64,000 nt of DNA from Candidatus Velthaea sp. (lineage in GTDB: Bacteria > Vulcanimicrobiota > Vulcanimicrobiia > Vulcanimicrobiales > Vulcanimicrobiaceae), in the NCBI GenBank assembly GCA_965214935.1, contig CBDCCS010000022.1, positions 160,001 to 224,000 on the forward strand. The letters run 5' to 3'. The translations under genes and the position numbers were made by a program. Of the stretch, positions 22,789 through 33,900 are shown one piece after another. Numbering within the stretch: position 1 is the first letter of the stretch; the number at the start of each line of letters is the position of its first letter. The notes under the pieces were generated by a model. The model saw only the letters and a list, made by a program, of their open reading frames with translations, made no database searches and was not told the origin of the DNA.

Positions 22789-23481
22789 TTACGCGCTGAG
22801 CAGCGTCGCGGTCGCTCCGGGTTCGACGGTGATGAGGCGCGCGAGTTCGAGCGAGATCGCATGCCGGCCGCGAGCATTGACGACCGTTACGGGGCCACCG
22901 AGCGGTCCACGTTCGACCACATCGATTTCGGCGCCCGGACGCATACCGATCGAATCCAAATACCGCAACATCTCGGGCACGTCTTCGATGACGTCGATGA
23001 TCCGCGCGGCCGAGCCGACGCATAAGCCCGACAGCTTGACGCCCGGGCGTTGCGGTTCGCTTAAGTCGGCGGGCGGGATCGGATGACCGTGCGGACAGAC
23101 TTGCGGGTTTCCTAAGACGGCAACGAGCCGCTCTTCGACGGCAGCCGAGATCGCATGTTCGAGCCGGCACGCTTCATCGTGCACTTGGTCCCACGGCATG
23201 CCGAGCAAATCGGTCAGCAGCAATTCCGCTAGCCGGTGGCGGCGCATTACGCGCACGCCGACTGCCAGGCCGCGCTCGGTCAGCTTTGCTTCGCCGCGCG
23301 CGCGATATTCGAGATATCCGCCCTCAGCAAGTTTCTTGAGCATCCCGGAGACCGACGCCGGTGCAACACCGAGTTCGGCTGCAAGGCCGGATGTCGTCAC
23401 CCCGGGGCCTTCCCGCTCGAGCCGGTAGACGGCTTCGAGATACTCCTCGAGCGACTCGTCGAAATGGGTGTGCCCCGCCAT
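22789..23481 (-). CDS. DtxR/MntR family metal-dependent repressor with FeoA domain
   Basis: EEYLEAVY, RRHRLAE, EACRLEH, CPHGHPIP, C-terminal FeoA/SH3 domain. Confidence 0.93.
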   Translation of the reverse strand: MAGHTHFDESLEEYLEAVYRLEREGPGVTTSGLAAELGVAPASVSGMLKKLAEGGYLEYRARGEAKLTERGLAVGVRVMRRHRLAELLLTDLLGMPWDQVHDEACRLEHAISAAVEERLVAVLGNPQVCPHGHPIPPADLSEPQRPGVKLSGLCVGSAARIIDVIEDVPEMLRYLDSIGMRPGAEIDVVERGPLGGPVTVVNARGRHAISLELARLITVEPGATATLLSA

Positions 23482-23486
23482 GCGCT

Positions 23487-24512
23487 CTAGCGTTCGACAA
23501 CCTCGGCGGAGTTCCGCGACCGGGCCAGCTCGGCATGCAGCTCCGCTTTGCGCCGGTCCGCTGCAAACGAAGCGTCGATCGCATTTGCGGCAAAGCGGTA
23601 GACGGCGTCCGCGCCGAGCGTTTCCTGGACTTCGGCGTACTCATCGACAAGCGTCGTTCCGAAGAGTGCCGGGTCGTCGGCATCGATCATCACGAGCACG
23701 CCCGCGGCGTCGAGGCGACCCATTGGATGCGGCAAGTGAGCCGGCGCCGCACCCGTAAGCCGGTTCGAGGTCGGGCAAATTTCAAGCGCGATACGACGCT
23801 CGGCCAGCAAGGCAACGACGCTGCGATCTTCAATCGAGCGGACGCCGTGGCCGATTCGCTCGGCGCCCAGCGTCAACACCGCGGCGCGAACGCTGTCGGC
23901 GCCGGCAGCTTCACCGGCATGTGCGACCGTTCGCAAATCACGGCTGCGAGCGAACTCGAAAGCTTCCGCGAACAATTCGGCCGGCCATTTCGCTTCGTCA
24001 CCGCCAAGACCGATGCCGATGACGCCGTAGGGCTTCATCTGCACCGCAATCTCCGCCGTTTCTAGTGCGCGCTGGGCGCCGAAATTCCGCGTCAAATCGC
24101 AAATGAACGCAACCTCGATACCGAGTGTCCGCTGCGCTGAATCAAACGCCGCACGCATGGCCGCAAACGTCGCTTCGACATCGATACCATGATGAAACCA
24201 CGTCCAGACCGACGGCGAAACGAAGATCTCAGCGTAGCGAACGTTCTGCGCTGCTGCATCGGCAGCATAGTCAGCCGCGAGCACGGCAAACTCGCCCGGC
24301 GTCCGCAGCACCGAACACACGTCGCGAAACAAGAGCAAAAACTCGCCGAACGTCGCAAATCGGTACGTTTGATCGAGTGCCGCTTGACCCCGTGCGCCGA
24401 TATCGACGCCGTAGCGCGCGGCAAGCGCCCGAAAGCGTTCCGGCCTCAGCGTCCCCTCGAGGTGGCAGTGCAGTTGCACCTTGGGGATGCCGACCAGACT
24501 TTCAAATGTCAT
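23487..24512 (-). CDS. add: Adenosine deaminase
   Basis: PKVQLHCHLEGT, AHAGE, RIGHG, CPTSN, DADDP; start MTFESL (the longer ORF would overlap the tRNA). Confidence 0.92.
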   Translation of the reverse strand: MTFESLVGIPKVQLHCHLEGTLRPERFRALAARYGVDIGARGQAALDQTYRFATFGEFLLLFRDVCSVLRTPGEFAVLAADYAADAAAQNVRYAEIFVSPSVWTWFHHGIDVEATFAAMRAAFDSAQRTLGIEVAFICDLTRNFGAQRALETAEIAVQMKPYGVIGIGLGGDEAKWPAELFAEAFEFARSRDLRTVAHAGEAAGADSVRAAVLTLGAERIGHGVRSIEDRSVVALLAERRIALEICPTSNRLTGAAPAHLPHPMGRLDAAGVLVMIDADDPALFGTTLVDEYAEVQETLGADAVYRFAANAIDASFAADRRKAELHAELARSRNSAEVVER

Positions 24513-24541
24513 TGACAATCGTTTCGCGGACGTCGTATACT
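24512..24541 (+). promoter_or_regulatory. Sigma-70 promoter for tRNA-fMet
   Basis: TTGACA (24512-24517), N18, TATACT (24536-24541), 12 nt before the tRNA. Confidence 0.75.
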
Positions 24542-24553
24542 TGCCATCGTTGC

Positions 24554-24630
<77 letters not shown>

Positions 24631-24633
24631 AGT

Positions 24634-24673
24634 ACAGGTTCAGAAAGAGTTCACTTTCTGAACCTGTTTTTTT
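24634..24673 (+). terminator. Intrinsic terminator after the tRNA
   Basis: ACAGGTTCAGAAAG-agttca-CTTTCTGAACCTGT perfect 14-bp stem followed by a T run. Confidence 0.85.
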
Positions 24674-24788
24674 AGACGCTGACTTTTTGGTCCAACCAAA
24701 TCGGCGCGCAAAAGAGCGCGTTTGCTTCATTGTCGAAAAACGCTCGCTGTGGGCACCGTCCGCGACTTCGAGCCGGTCAATGGATAAC

Positions 24789-25328
24789 ATGAAACGCAGC
24801 GATCCGACTGTCATCAAGACGTCGCGTTTAGAATTGAAGCCGCCGTGTCCCGACGACGCTGCTGCGCTCTTCCGGAACTACACGACCGATGCCGACGTTA
24901 CCAGGTATCTCGTTTGGGCGGCACACAAGAACATCGACGAAACGCGAATCTTTATTGCGACTCGTGTCGCGGGATGGGAGACGGGTCATGCATATGCCTG
25001 GACAATCTCCCTCGACGTTCACCCCGAACCCATCGGGATGATTGAACTTCGACCGGGCGACGGAACGATCGGCTACGTTCTCGGTCGACGATGGTGGAAT
25101 CGCGGTATCATGTCCGAGGCGCTCGGGGCGGTGGTCGATTTTGCCCGCGACATGCTGGATTTGTCCGTGTTGCGCGCTTGTTGCGACGCCGAAAATAGGG
25201 GCTCGGCGCGCGTGTTGGAAAAGGCCGGGTTTACCCTTGAGCGCACCGGGGAATCGCCCATGGCTCACTCGGGCTTCGCGAAGCAGATACGCCCCGCGCT
25301 TTTTTACGTCTCCCTGCAGCCTCGTTGA
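24789..25328 (+). CDS. RimJ/RimL-type GNAT N-acetyltransferase
   Basis: IKTSRLELKP, IGYVLGRRWWNRGIMSEAL, ENRGSARVLEKAGF. Confidence 0.9.
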   Translation: MKRSDPTVIKTSRLELKPPCPDDAAALFRNYTTDADVTRYLVWAAHKNIDETRIFIATRVAGWETGHAYAWTISLDVHPEPIGMIELRPGDGTIGYVLGRRWWNRGIMSEALGAVVDFARDMLDLSVLRACCDAENRGSARVLEKAGFTLERTGESPMAHSGFAKQIRPALFYVSLQPR

Positions 25329-25931
25329 CTTTCTCGTCCAAGCTTGTCCACGGCAAGGCCGTCTGACCAAGATCGCTTTTTGAACCTGGATCCCCGCAAC
25401 CAAGTAGCCTGCTTTACGGGCCTGTCCGTCTCGCGTCGCGTTAGGCAGTGTGCGGCTCCGGTCATTTTTTCGCCGATCCGGCTTCATACAGACTGTCAGG
25501 TACCGTCTCCTGACAGACGGAGTTCTGTCCCGGGCGTTCGTCCATGCTCGCGAATTGCGCCGCCGTAGCTTCACAATCGCAACGTGCGCCTGCCGATTTG
25601 CAAACTTCACCGTCGGACGAATGTAATTCGCCGACCCGCCGGCCAAACAACATCGCACCTGCTCTCGAATGACATCGAACCGGCTGATGTCGTACACGTC
25701 CAACGTATCGCAGCGTGCGACTGCACGACGGCTGCTTCAAATCTCCATAAGCGCTATCTCGATTGCGGCCGGCCACGACGATAGGCAAACCGACGTGAAT
25801 CTGTATAAGGCGTGACTTTCGCGAGCCTGCTCAAGGTCGGATGGCCCGCTTCAACCTCAGGCGCTTAGCGTACGATGCTGCGTAATCCGGACCCGCGTGT
25901 CGGGTTCCGGTCATCATCGAGGAGCGGACCG

Positions 25932-27101
25932 GTGCGGTCGATACGCGAGATCCGATCACTTACCGGTTTACGCGGCGTCGCTGCGATGTACGCCGTCTTC
26001 TATCACTATTTCCCTGTTGAAACGACGACGAACGTTGTTAAACGCGCGCTCAGTCACGGCTATCTTGCCGTCGATCTCTTTTTCGTACTGAGCGGCTTCG
26101 TCATGGCCCTGAACTATCAGCATCTCTTTACTGCCGGATCGCCGCGAACCGCGTATCTGACCTTCCTCGGTCGCCGCATTGCGCGCATCTATCCGCTTTA
26201 TATCGTCACGGCGCTCATCGCATTCGGGCTCGTCATCTTTCGCGCGTTGCCGTATCCGAGCGGACCGCTCAGCATCCCCTTACTGGCCAATGTCTTGATG
26301 GTGCAAGCGTGGGGGATTGCTTCGAGTTTCGACTCGCCGGCGTGGTCGATCAGCGCGGAGTGGGCGGCATACGTCGTCTTTCCGCTCGTTCTGATTCCGG
26401 CGATGTTTCGCGGTACGCGCATTGCCTGGCTGTGCGCCGGCGTGTGCATCGCGACGCTCGCGACGTTGTGTGCGCTGCCGCCGGCGTTGCTGCCGGACTA
26501 TCTCGTTCGTAACCCGCTCAATATGAACGGTTACTGGCTCGGCTTGCCGGTGCTGCGCTGCATCCCCGAATTCACTTTGGGAATTCTCGCTTTCCGGCTT
26601 GCCGGAACGTCTGCGGGTAAGCGCCTAAGCACGAGCAAGTGGATCGGCCCCGGCTTGTGCGGCGCCTTCGTCCTGCTCGTTGCGGTGCCGGCCAAAGCCG
26701 ATCTCGCCGTCGTGCTGCTCCTGCCGTTACTGGTCGTGAGCCTTGCTTCCGACACGCATATCGCAAGCCGCTTATTGGCTTCGCCGGTTGCCGAGCGCAT
26801 CGGCAAGCTGTCATTCAGCATTTACCTGACGCATAAGCTGTTATTCGGTCTGCTCAACTGGCTGTACGTGCGCGGCTATGCGACGGGCTTACCGCACGCC
26901 CGCGGCATTGCCGGACTCATTTGCCTTGCGCTCACGGCGGTTCTTGCCTCGGCGGCCTACCGGTTCATCGAAGTACCGGGCCGTTCATTGTTGCGTGATT
27001 GGTGCAATCGTGCTCTCAACGGCGGACCGTCCCGGCCGAAATCAGCGGCCCTTGGAGTCGACCGTTCTTACGAACGACCGTACGCGGTAAACGACCTTTG
27101 A
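25932..27101 (+). CDS. Acyltransferase-3 (OafA/YrhL-like) membrane O-acyltransferase
   Basis: SLTGLRGVAA, GYLAVDLFFVLSGFV, RIARIYPL, WSISAEW, GKLSFSIYLTH, YRFIEVP; GAGGAG before GTG 25932. Confidence 0.92.
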   Translation: MRSIREIRSLTGLRGVAAMYAVFYHYFPVETTTNVVKRALSHGYLAVDLFFVLSGFVMALNYQHLFTAGSPRTAYLTFLGRRIARIYPLYIVTALIAFGLVIFRALPYPSGPLSIPLLANVLMVQAWGIASSFDSPAWSISAEWAAYVVFPLVLIPAMFRGTRIAWLCAGVCIATLATLCALPPALLPDYLVRNPLNMNGYWLGLPVLRCIPEFTLGILAFRLAGTSAGKRLSTSKWIGPGLCGAFVLLVAVPAKADLAVVLLLPLLVVSLASDTHIASRLLASPVAERIGKLSFSIYLTHKLLFGLLNWLYVRGYATGLPHARGIAGLICLALTAVLASAAYRFIEVPGRSLLRDWCNRALNGGPSRPKSAALGVDRSYERPYAVNDL

Positions 27102-27175
27102 AATAAGGCGAAAGCCCCAGGAAACGTCATCGAAGGGCTCCATTGTCGTCTGGCGGCTTGTGGGAGCCTTAGGAC

Positions 27176-29659
27176 ATGCTGCTCAGACGCCGTTACGTCA
27201 TGTTTGCCTTTCTTATGGCCTTGTCGGCGTGTAGCGGCGGCGGATCCTCGTTACCGGGCATCCCGGCCTCGTCGCGGCAACCGGCAACGGCGCCGCAAAG
27301 CGTTCAGCTCTCGATTCTCATTCCGGCGATGAGTGCGGCTGCGAACCGTTTGCGGCGTCCGGCATACATTTCGGCCAGCACGCAGTCTGCGGTCGTTTCG
27401 GTGAACGGCGGTACGGGCGTCATTCTCAATCTCGCCGCGAACGCGCCGGGATGTTCGGGATCCGCGGCCGGCCGCACGTGTACGCTGAGCGTGGCTGCTC
27501 CCAGCGGCCCCGATACGTTCGGCATCAAGCTGTTTCAAACCACCAACGGCAGCGGACCGGTGCTCTCGCAGGGGACAGCTTCGGCGACCATCGTGACGGC
27601 ACAGAATAACATCGTCCGCTTGACGCTCGACGGCGTCGTAGCCTCGGTCGCTCTGACGTTAGCGAACTCGCCGATAGCGACGCAAGGCACGAAATCGACG
27701 ATCGGCCTGACCGTTAACGTCAAGGACGCGGCCGGCAACATCATCGTCGGACCCGACCCTTACTCGTTTCCCATCACGCTGACTGACTCGGACTCAACGA
27801 CGACGAGTATCTCGACAACATCGTTACAGTCACCGGCCGACGCCGCGAATATTACCGTCGATTACGACGGCGGCGCTCTTTCCCCATCGGCAACGTTCAG
27901 CGCGACGGGCAGCGGCCTCAATGCCGGCGCGGTCACGACGGCAGCGTTGACTCCGCAGGTTCCCAACACGACCGTCACGTTCAATGACTACACGACGTAC
28001 GGCTTTGATAACCAGCGGACGCTCTTCAACCCCAACTCGACGGCGATCACGCCTTCGACATTGCCGAATCTTCACATCGCTTGGCAGACTGCGCTGGGCG
28101 CTCCGAGCAGCGGCGACTACAACACGCAAACGCAGCCGGTTATCGCGACGAACATCCCCGGGTACACCGCCGTCATTTTCGTCGGCGGCAGCGGTAGCGG
28201 CAAGGTGTACGCGTACGATGCATTAACCGGCAAAGCTATTTGGAGCCGCTCGCTGGGCGTCGAGCAGTACACCTGCGCGGCAAGTCAGATTCCAACGAAC
28301 TTCGGGGTCGGCGGAACGGTTGCATACGACCCGTCGTCACGCTCGCTCTACGTCGTGGGCAATCGCAACTCAGTCAACAATGGACCGGCGCAAAATACGC
28401 TGTTCCATATCGACGGCGCCAGCGGGACGGTCTTGGGACAGGTCGACTTTGCACCGAATCCGATCGGTCCCAGCGAGCTTAATTTCTCGCACGTTTCAGT
28501 GACGCTTGCCGGCAGCGTGGCCTATGTCGGAACTGCGGCGACGTGCGATATCTCATCGTGGCGCGGACGAGTTGTCGCAATCAACGTTCCGACGATGTCG
28601 ATTGCCAACACGCTCTTTACCGTATGGAACCCGACCACGAATTGGGGCGGCGGCGGTGTTTGGGGCTGGGGCGGCGTTTCGATCGATACCAACGGCACCG
28701 TCTTCACCGGCGTCGGTAACACCGATAACGGCACGACCACGCGCGGTACGATTTCGGCGCCGTTTCAAGTCGCGCCGTCGGAAGAATCCGGTAACGGCGA
28801 CTCATTCATGGCGATCTCGAGCGATCTTGCCACCATCTACCAAACGAATCACCCGATCCCGAACACGATCTTCGGCGGACAAGCCGCCGACCTCGACATC
28901 AATGGGACGCCGGCTATCTTCAAGCCGAGCGGTGTCGGCTGCGACACGCTTGCAGCAGTTCAAGGCAAGTCGGGCTCACTCTACATGTATGACACGACGA
29001 ATATTTCGGCTGGACCGATCAGCCAATATCAGCTCTCGCCGCCGACGTACAACGATCCGTTCCTGGGCGGCCCGGCATACTCGCCGGTGACGAATCGACT
29101 ATACACGCCGATTCCGTCGAGTCAGGGAACGCTGTTTCCCCAAGGCATGATGGCAATCGATCCGGGTTGCGGCTCGCCGTCGGTTGCCTGGCACACGCAG
29201 TTCGGACCGGACTCCGTCAATAACTCCGATACGACCCGCTCCGCTCCGGCAGTCAGCGCCGGCGGTGTGGTTTTCGTCGGGACGCCCTGCATGCCCGACG
29301 GCGTCGGCGGTTGCAAAGGCGACATCTCGCAAACGGCAATCGCTCGTTCGACAAGCAGCTCGATCCGGAAACCGGCACTATGCTGCGGCCCGCCGCCGTC
29401 CGGTCTCGGCGGCGCAGTATGGGCACTCGACGCGGCCACGGGCGCGATCCTTAACAGCGGGATGCCGCTGTTCACCACCCCGGGCACCTTGCGGATGCCG
29501 CCGACCATCGATGGAAACTGGGTTTTCGTTCTCGATAATGCGGGCGATATGTACGGCCTGACGCTCGATCCGAAGTATGCCTCGATTCAAGCCGTATCGC
29601 GCCAAGTCGATGCACGTTCGCGTACAAAATGGGAGCTCGAACCGACCGGCAGTCACTAG
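27176..29659 (+). CDS. Large lipoprotein: Ig-like N-terminal region plus PQQ-like beta-propeller
   Basis: Lipobox LMALSA-C; Thr/Ser-rich beta region; YAYDALTGKAIW, GGGVWGWGG, WALDAATG propeller repeats. Confidence 0.8.
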   Translation: MLLRRRYVMFAFLMALSACSGGGSSLPGIPASSRQPATAPQSVQLSILIPAMSAAANRLRRPAYISASTQSAVVSVNGGTGVILNLAANAPGCSGSAAGRTCTLSVAAPSGPDTFGIKLFQTTNGSGPVLSQGTASATIVTAQNNIVRLTLDGVVASVALTLANSPIATQGTKSTIGLTVNVKDAAGNIIVGPDPYSFPITLTDSDSTTTSISTTSLQSPADAANITVDYDGGALSPSATFSATGSGLNAGAVTTAALTPQVPNTTVTFNDYTTYGFDNQRTLFNPNSTAITPSTLPNLHIAWQTALGAPSSGDYNTQTQPVIATNIPGYTAVIFVGGSGSGKVYAYDALTGKAIWSRSLGVEQYTCAASQIPTNFGVGGTVAYDPSSRSLYVVGNRNSVNNGPAQNTLFHIDGASGTVLGQVDFAPNPIGPSELNFSHVSVTLAGSVAYVGTAATCDISSWRGRVVAINVPTMSIANTLFTVWNPTTNWGGGGVWGWGGVSIDTNGTVFTGVGNTDNGTTTRGTISAPFQVAPSEESGNGDSFMAISSDLATIYQTNHPIPNTIFGGQAADLDINGTPAIFKPSGVGCDTLAAVQGKSGSLYMYDTTNISAGPISQYQLSPPTYNDPFLGGPAYSPVTNRLYTPIPSSQGTLFPQGMMAIDPGCGSPSVAWHTQFGPDSVNNSDTTRSAPAVSAGGVVFVGTPCMPDGVGGCKGDISQTAIARSTSSSIRKPALCCGPPPSGLGGAVWALDAATGAILNSGMPLFTTPGTLRMPPTIDGNWVFVLDNAGDMYGLTLDPKYASIQAVSRQVDARSRTKWELEPTGSH

Positions 29660-29668
29660 CATCGATCA

Positions 29669-29688
29669 CCCGCTTTGTAAAAAGCGGG
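29669..29688 (+). terminator. Stem-loop after the lipoprotein gene
   Basis: CCCGCTTT-GTAA-AAAGCGGG; no clear U-tract. Confidence 0.45.
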
Positions 29689-29729
29689 GGGTCTTCAATT
29701 GCTCGGCGGGCGGCCGATACTTGAATGAG

Positions 29730-30305
29730 ATGGAATTACAAGCGAGCGTTTCCACGGAGCTTAGCGGCACGCTCTGTTGCACGCTTATCGACCGGCGCTC
29801 GAGTATTCCGCTCGATTGTGCGCGCATAACCTGTGTTTGGCGCGACAACCGGGTGACCCAGCACGACGCGGACCGCTCGGGCCGCTTTTCCACGCGAATG
29901 CCGCAAGGCGTCTACGACTTAGTCGTCTCGGCGCGCGGCTATCTCTCGCTGCTCATTCGCGGCGTCGGCGTATTGGGCGGCCACCAGCAAGTCGTCACCC
30001 GGGCGCTTATTCCGGGCGAGGGCAACACGCCTGAAGGCGAGCCGGCAACGGCATTGGGCGGCTATATCACGAATCGTTTCGGGCGAAGCGTGAGCAGCTT
30101 GACGGTACGCTTAACGGCCGAACGAGGCGATACCGCCTTCACGACACGGACCGACCGGGACGGCGCATTTCTCTTTCACGGCGTCGTTCCCCAGATGTAC
30201 GACCTCGACATATCATCGTCCGAACGCCGCTTAGCGCGCGAGCATATTCCGATTGGCGGAGCACGCGATTTCGTTCGCTACGACTTGCGGATCATGCAAG
30301 CATAA
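29730..30305 (+). CDS. Tandem carboxypeptidase-regulatory-like (transthyretin-fold) domain protein
   Basis: ADRSGRF..PQGVYDLVVSARGY and TDRDGAFLFHGVVPQMYDL repeats. Confidence 0.7.
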   Translation: MELQASVSTELSGTLCCTLIDRRSSIPLDCARITCVWRDNRVTQHDADRSGRFSTRMPQGVYDLVVSARGYLSLLIRGVGVLGGHQQVVTRALIPGEGNTPEGEPATALGGYITNRFGRSVSSLTVRLTAERGDTAFTTRTDRDGAFLFHGVVPQMYDLDISSSERRLAREHIPIGGARDFVRYDLRIMQA

Positions 30306-30320
30306 CGCGGAACGAATGCG

Positions 30321-31106
30321 CTAACCGAAGCGGCCGGTGATATAGTCTTCCGTGCGCTTCTCCTTGGGCCGGGTGAAGATGTTCGTCGTCGTGCCCACTT
30401 CGACGATTTCCCCGAGATGAAAGAAGGCCGTATATTCCGAGATACGCGCGGCCTGCTGCATCGAGTGCGTGACGATAACGACGCTGTACTCTTTGCGAAG
30501 TTCACCGATGAGGTCTTCGATTTTTGACGTCGCGATCGGGTCGAGCGCCGATGCCGGTTCGTCCATGAGAATGACTTCGGGTTCAACGGCTAGCACGCGC
30601 GCGATACACATACGCTGCTGCTGCCCGCCCGAAAGGTCGAGTGCCGAGCGGTACAAACGATCTTTGACTTCATCCCACAGCGCGGCTTGACGCAGCGACT
30701 TCTCGACGATCGCATCGAGTGTCGCCCGGTTGCGTTCGCCGTGAATCTTCGGGCCGTATGCGACGTTCTCATAGATTGTTTTTGGGAACGGATTCGGCCG
30801 CTGGAACACCATTCCGATTCGGTGCCGGATGACGACCGGATCGGCTTCAGCGGCGTAAATATCCTGACCGTCCAGCATGACCGAACCTTCGACGCGCGCG
30901 CCCGGCGTGAGGTCGTGCATGCGATTGAGCGCGCGCAGAAACGTCGACTTACCGCAACCCGACGGCCCGATGAGCGCCGTCACCGTATGACCGGCCATTT
31001 TCAGGTTCGCGTCTTTGATTGCTTGAAAGGCGCCATAGAAAACATTGACGTGCGCTGCCGTTAACTTATCGCGCGTATTGACCGAGGCAGGCGTCGCTTC
31101 AATCAT
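30321..31106 (-). CDS. pstB: Phosphate ABC transporter ATPase
   Basis: [42 protein letters not shown]. Confidence 0.97.
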   Translation of the reverse strand: MIEATPASVNTRDKLTAAHVNVFYGAFQAIKDANLKMAGHTVTALIGPSGCGKSTFLRALNRMHDLTPGARVEGSVMLDGQDIYAAEADPVVIRHRIGMVFQRPNPFPKTIYENVAYGPKIHGERNRATLDAIVEKSLRQAALWDEVKDRLYRSALDLSGGQQQRMCIARVLAVEPEVILMDEPASALDPIATSKIEDLIGELRKEYSVVIVTHSMQQAARISEYTAFFHLGEIVEVGTTTNIFTRPKEKRTEDYITGRFG

Positions 31107-32020
31107 GAGGATCTCCCGGTGAAACGTTTCGTGAGCGCACTGCCGGCAACGCGCGCGCTAATATTAAAAGCGAGCACCATAATGAGTAACACGAGAGCAG
31201 AACCGTTACCGACGCGCGCAACATCGGGGATGACGGATTCGGAATGCGTGTACCACAGGTGAATCGCGAGCGTCTCGGCGGAGCGAAATGGGTTTAACTC
31301 GTACGGGTGATTTGCGCTTACCGAAAGGCCCGCGGTAAAGATAAGCGCGGCGGTTTCACCGAAAATTCGGCCGGCGATCAAGACGATACCGGTCGTTAAA
31401 CGGCCGATCGCACTGGGCAGCACCGTTCGCAAGATCGTCTGCCACTTGGTCGCTCCCAGACCCATCGATGCTTCGCGCAACGTATCGGGCACCGATGCGA
31501 GCGCTTCTTGCGTCACCCGCATGAGCGCCGGCAAATTGAGCAGCGTGAGGGTCAATGCGCCGCCGAGCGCGGTGAAGCCCCAGTGAAAGTAAAATACGAA
31601 GATCAATAAGCCGAACAATCCCATTACGATTGACGGTACCGTCGCCAGCGATTCAGCGCTGAACTGCACGATCGAACGAAAAGCTCCGGGCCGCGCATAC
31701 TCTTGCAGATAAATACCTGCGGCAAGCGCAATGGGCACGGTAAAAACCAGGGTGAGCGCAAGAATATAAAACGAATTATAGATTTCCGGTCCGATGCCGC
31801 CGCCGGCATCCTGACTCGGCGAACCGGTCAAAAATTGCCAGCTCAGCGCGCCGAAGCCGAGATAGAATAAGTAACCGATAAAAGCCGCGAGCATGAACAC
31901 GATACTCAGTGCCATCAACCATAAAACAACGGTCGCCGCAATATCGGCGATGCGCCGGGCGCGTACGCGATTGGTCGAGACCAGCCGGCGAGCACGCTCG
32001 GACGATGCAAACGTTGCCAT
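31103..32020 (-). CDS. pstA: Phosphate ABC transporter permease
   Basis: [32 protein letters not shown]. Confidence 0.95.
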   Translation of the reverse strand: MATFASSERARRLVSTNRVRARRIADIAATVVLWLMALSIVFMLAAFIGYLFYLGFGALSWQFLTGSPSQDAGGGIGPEIYNSFYILALTLVFTVPIALAAGIYLQEYARPGAFRSIVQFSAESLATVPSIVMGLFGLLIFVFYFHWGFTALGGALTLTLLNLPALMRVTQEALASVPDTLREASMGLGATKWQTILRTVLPSAIGRLTTGIVLIAGRIFGETAALIFTAGLSVSANHPYELNPFRSAETLAIHLWYTHSESVIPDVARVGNGSALVLLIMVLAFNISARVAGSALTKRFTGRSS

Positions 32021-32919
32021 CAGCCGCGCCGCCGCAATGCAAAGCGAACGATCAAGATCAGTGCCATTGCGATGAAAAGCAGCAGCAATGCCATTGAAAA
32101 CAGCACGTGTTCTTGGAACGATCCTTGCGGCGCGCCACCCATATCGATAACGATCTCCGTCGTTAGCGAAGCCGTCGGTCCGAACACGCCCTTCGGAAAT
32201 TGCGATGAGTTGCCGATGACCATCTGCACTGCGAGCGCTTCGCCGATCGCCCGCGCTATGCCCAACACCAGAGCGACGGTCAACCCGCTCGACGCACTCG
32301 GCAACAGGACGTTGGTGATCATCTGCCAGCGCGTCGACCCGAGCGCCATCGAGCCTTCGCGCAGCGCAATGGGCAACGACCGAAACGCATCCTCAGACAG
32401 CGAGATGACGGTCGGCAAAATCATAATCGACAAAACGATACCGGCAGCCGCGAGGCCGAAGCCGCTCGGCGACGATGTGTGCGTACGCAAGAACGGAACG
32501 AGCAGCGTCAAACCCAGCCAGCCGTAAACAACGGAGGGAATGCCGACGAGCAGCTCGATCGCCGGCTTAAGAATCGCTGCCATTCGCGACGGCGCGATCT
32601 CACTGAGAAATACGCCGACGGCGATGCCGAACGGACCGCCGACCACGATTGCGAAAACCGTTACGAGCAACGTTCCGGCGATAAAGACCGCCGAGCCGCC
32701 CTTAGTGTTCGCCGGATCGTAATCGGTAGAAAAGAGAAATTGCCAGACCGGCAATTTATCGACGAAGAAGCTCTTCGAGCCCTCGAACGTCAAGTAAAGC
32801 AGCAGCAACGCAATCGCGACGATAACGAAGATCGCCGCAGCGCGCAGAACGATCACGGCGAGCCGTTCGATCCGATGAGAACTTCTTGCTTGTACCGAGA
32901 TCACCGGTGCCACTTCCAC
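32020..32919 (-). CDS. pstC: Phosphate ABC transporter permease
   Basis: IELLVGIPSVVYG, IMILPT, RAIGEALAVQMVIGN. Confidence 0.95.
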   Translation of the reverse strand: MEVAPVISVQARSSHRIERLAVIVLRAAAIFVIVAIALLLLYLTFEGSKSFFVDKLPVWQFLFSTDYDPANTKGGSAVFIAGTLLVTVFAIVVGGPFGIAVGVFLSEIAPSRMAAILKPAIELLVGIPSVVYGWLGLTLLVPFLRTHTSSPSGFGLAAAGIVLSIMILPTVISLSEDAFRSLPIALREGSMALGSTRWQMITNVLLPSASSGLTVALVLGIARAIGEALAVQMVIGNSSQFPKGVFGPTASLTTEIVIDMGGAPQGSFQEHVLFSMALLLLFIAMALILIVRFALRRRG

Positions 32920-32929
32920 AGGAAGATCA

Positions 32930-32959
32930 GGAAAAGGCGACTACTTGAGCCGCCTTTCC
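32930..32959 (-). terminator. Hairpin between pstS and pstC
   Basis: GGAAAAGGCG..CGCCTTTCC inverted repeat; a typical position for a stabilising or attenuating stem-loop. Confidence 0.5.
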
Positions 32960-33008
32960 GATGCCTTGTTCGCTCCGTCGTTGCGAGCGCTCATCCATTA
33001 CCACGTCG

Positions 33009-33827
33009 TTAGCGGTCGGACTCTTTGACTTTCATGCTCGCGATGCTGATGAAGCCGTTCTTTTTGAGCAGGTCGGCGTGTGACTCGACGAAGGCGATGA
33101 ATTTTTGCACTTCGCCGGTTGCCGGACCGTTGGTGAACATGTGTTCGTACGACCACACCGGATATTTGCCCGCGGTGATATTGTCGTCGGTCGGCGCAAC
33201 ACCATCGATCGAAACCTCGTTGACCGCCTGGCCATGCGTACCGGAGAACGCCGCGTAGCTGATCGCGCCCGGCGTTTGTTTCACGACGCTTACAACGGTG
33301 CCGGTCGCGTCTTCGGTCAGGCCCGACTCGCTAATGGTCGTGCCGCCCATGACCGTCTTCGTGAACACGGCGCGCGTCCCTGAAGAACGCGGACGATTGA
33401 TAACGACGATCTTTTGATCCGTCCCGCCGAGGTCTTTCCAATTTGTCGCCGTGCCCGTGAAGATATCCTGAAGCTGTTTCTTCGACAAATTCTTGACGTT
33501 CACGCCGGGATTGGTGATAACGGCAAAACCAATGACGGCAACTTTATTGTCGACGAGTTCGGGATGCGCGGCGGCAGCGATGTCGGAATCACCAATGTCG
33601 ATGGCCTTACCGGCGACTTGTGAAATTCCGGTGCCGGAACCGCCGCCCGAAACGCTGATCTTCACATCCTTGTGCTCGCCCTGATACACGCCGGCCGCGT
33701 CGAGGACCAGCGGCAGCAAAGCGGTTGAACCGGCAATGCTCATCGAGGTGTCAGCCAACGCCGGCCCTGCCGGAAGCGTAAGCGATAGCCCGATTGCAAC
33801 GAGCGCCAAAACTCTTGACCTGACCAC
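33009..33827 (-). CDS. pstS: Phosphate ABC transporter substrate-binding protein
   Basis: AGSTALLP, GGGSGTG, RPRSSGTR, YPVWSYEHMFT; GGGAGG before GTG 33827; signal peptide. Confidence 0.95.
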   Translation of the reverse strand: MVRSRVLALVAIGLSLTLPAGPALADTSMSIAGSTALLPLVLDAAGVYQGEHKDVKISVSGGGSGTGISQVAGKAIDIGDSDIAAAAHPELVDNKVAVIGFAVITNPGVNVKNLSKKQLQDIFTGTATNWKDLGGTDQKIVVINRPRSSGTRAVFTKTVMGGTTISESGLTEDATGTVVSVVKQTPGAISYAAFSGTHGQAVNEVSIDGVAPTDDNITAGKYPVWSYEHMFTNGPATGEVQKFIAFVESHADLLKKNGFISIASMKVKESDR

Positions 33828-33900
33828 GAAGACCTCCCGCAGTGTAAGATGACAACACTCCGAACAACGAGCGAGCCGCATACCATCGTCGCAAGCGGAG

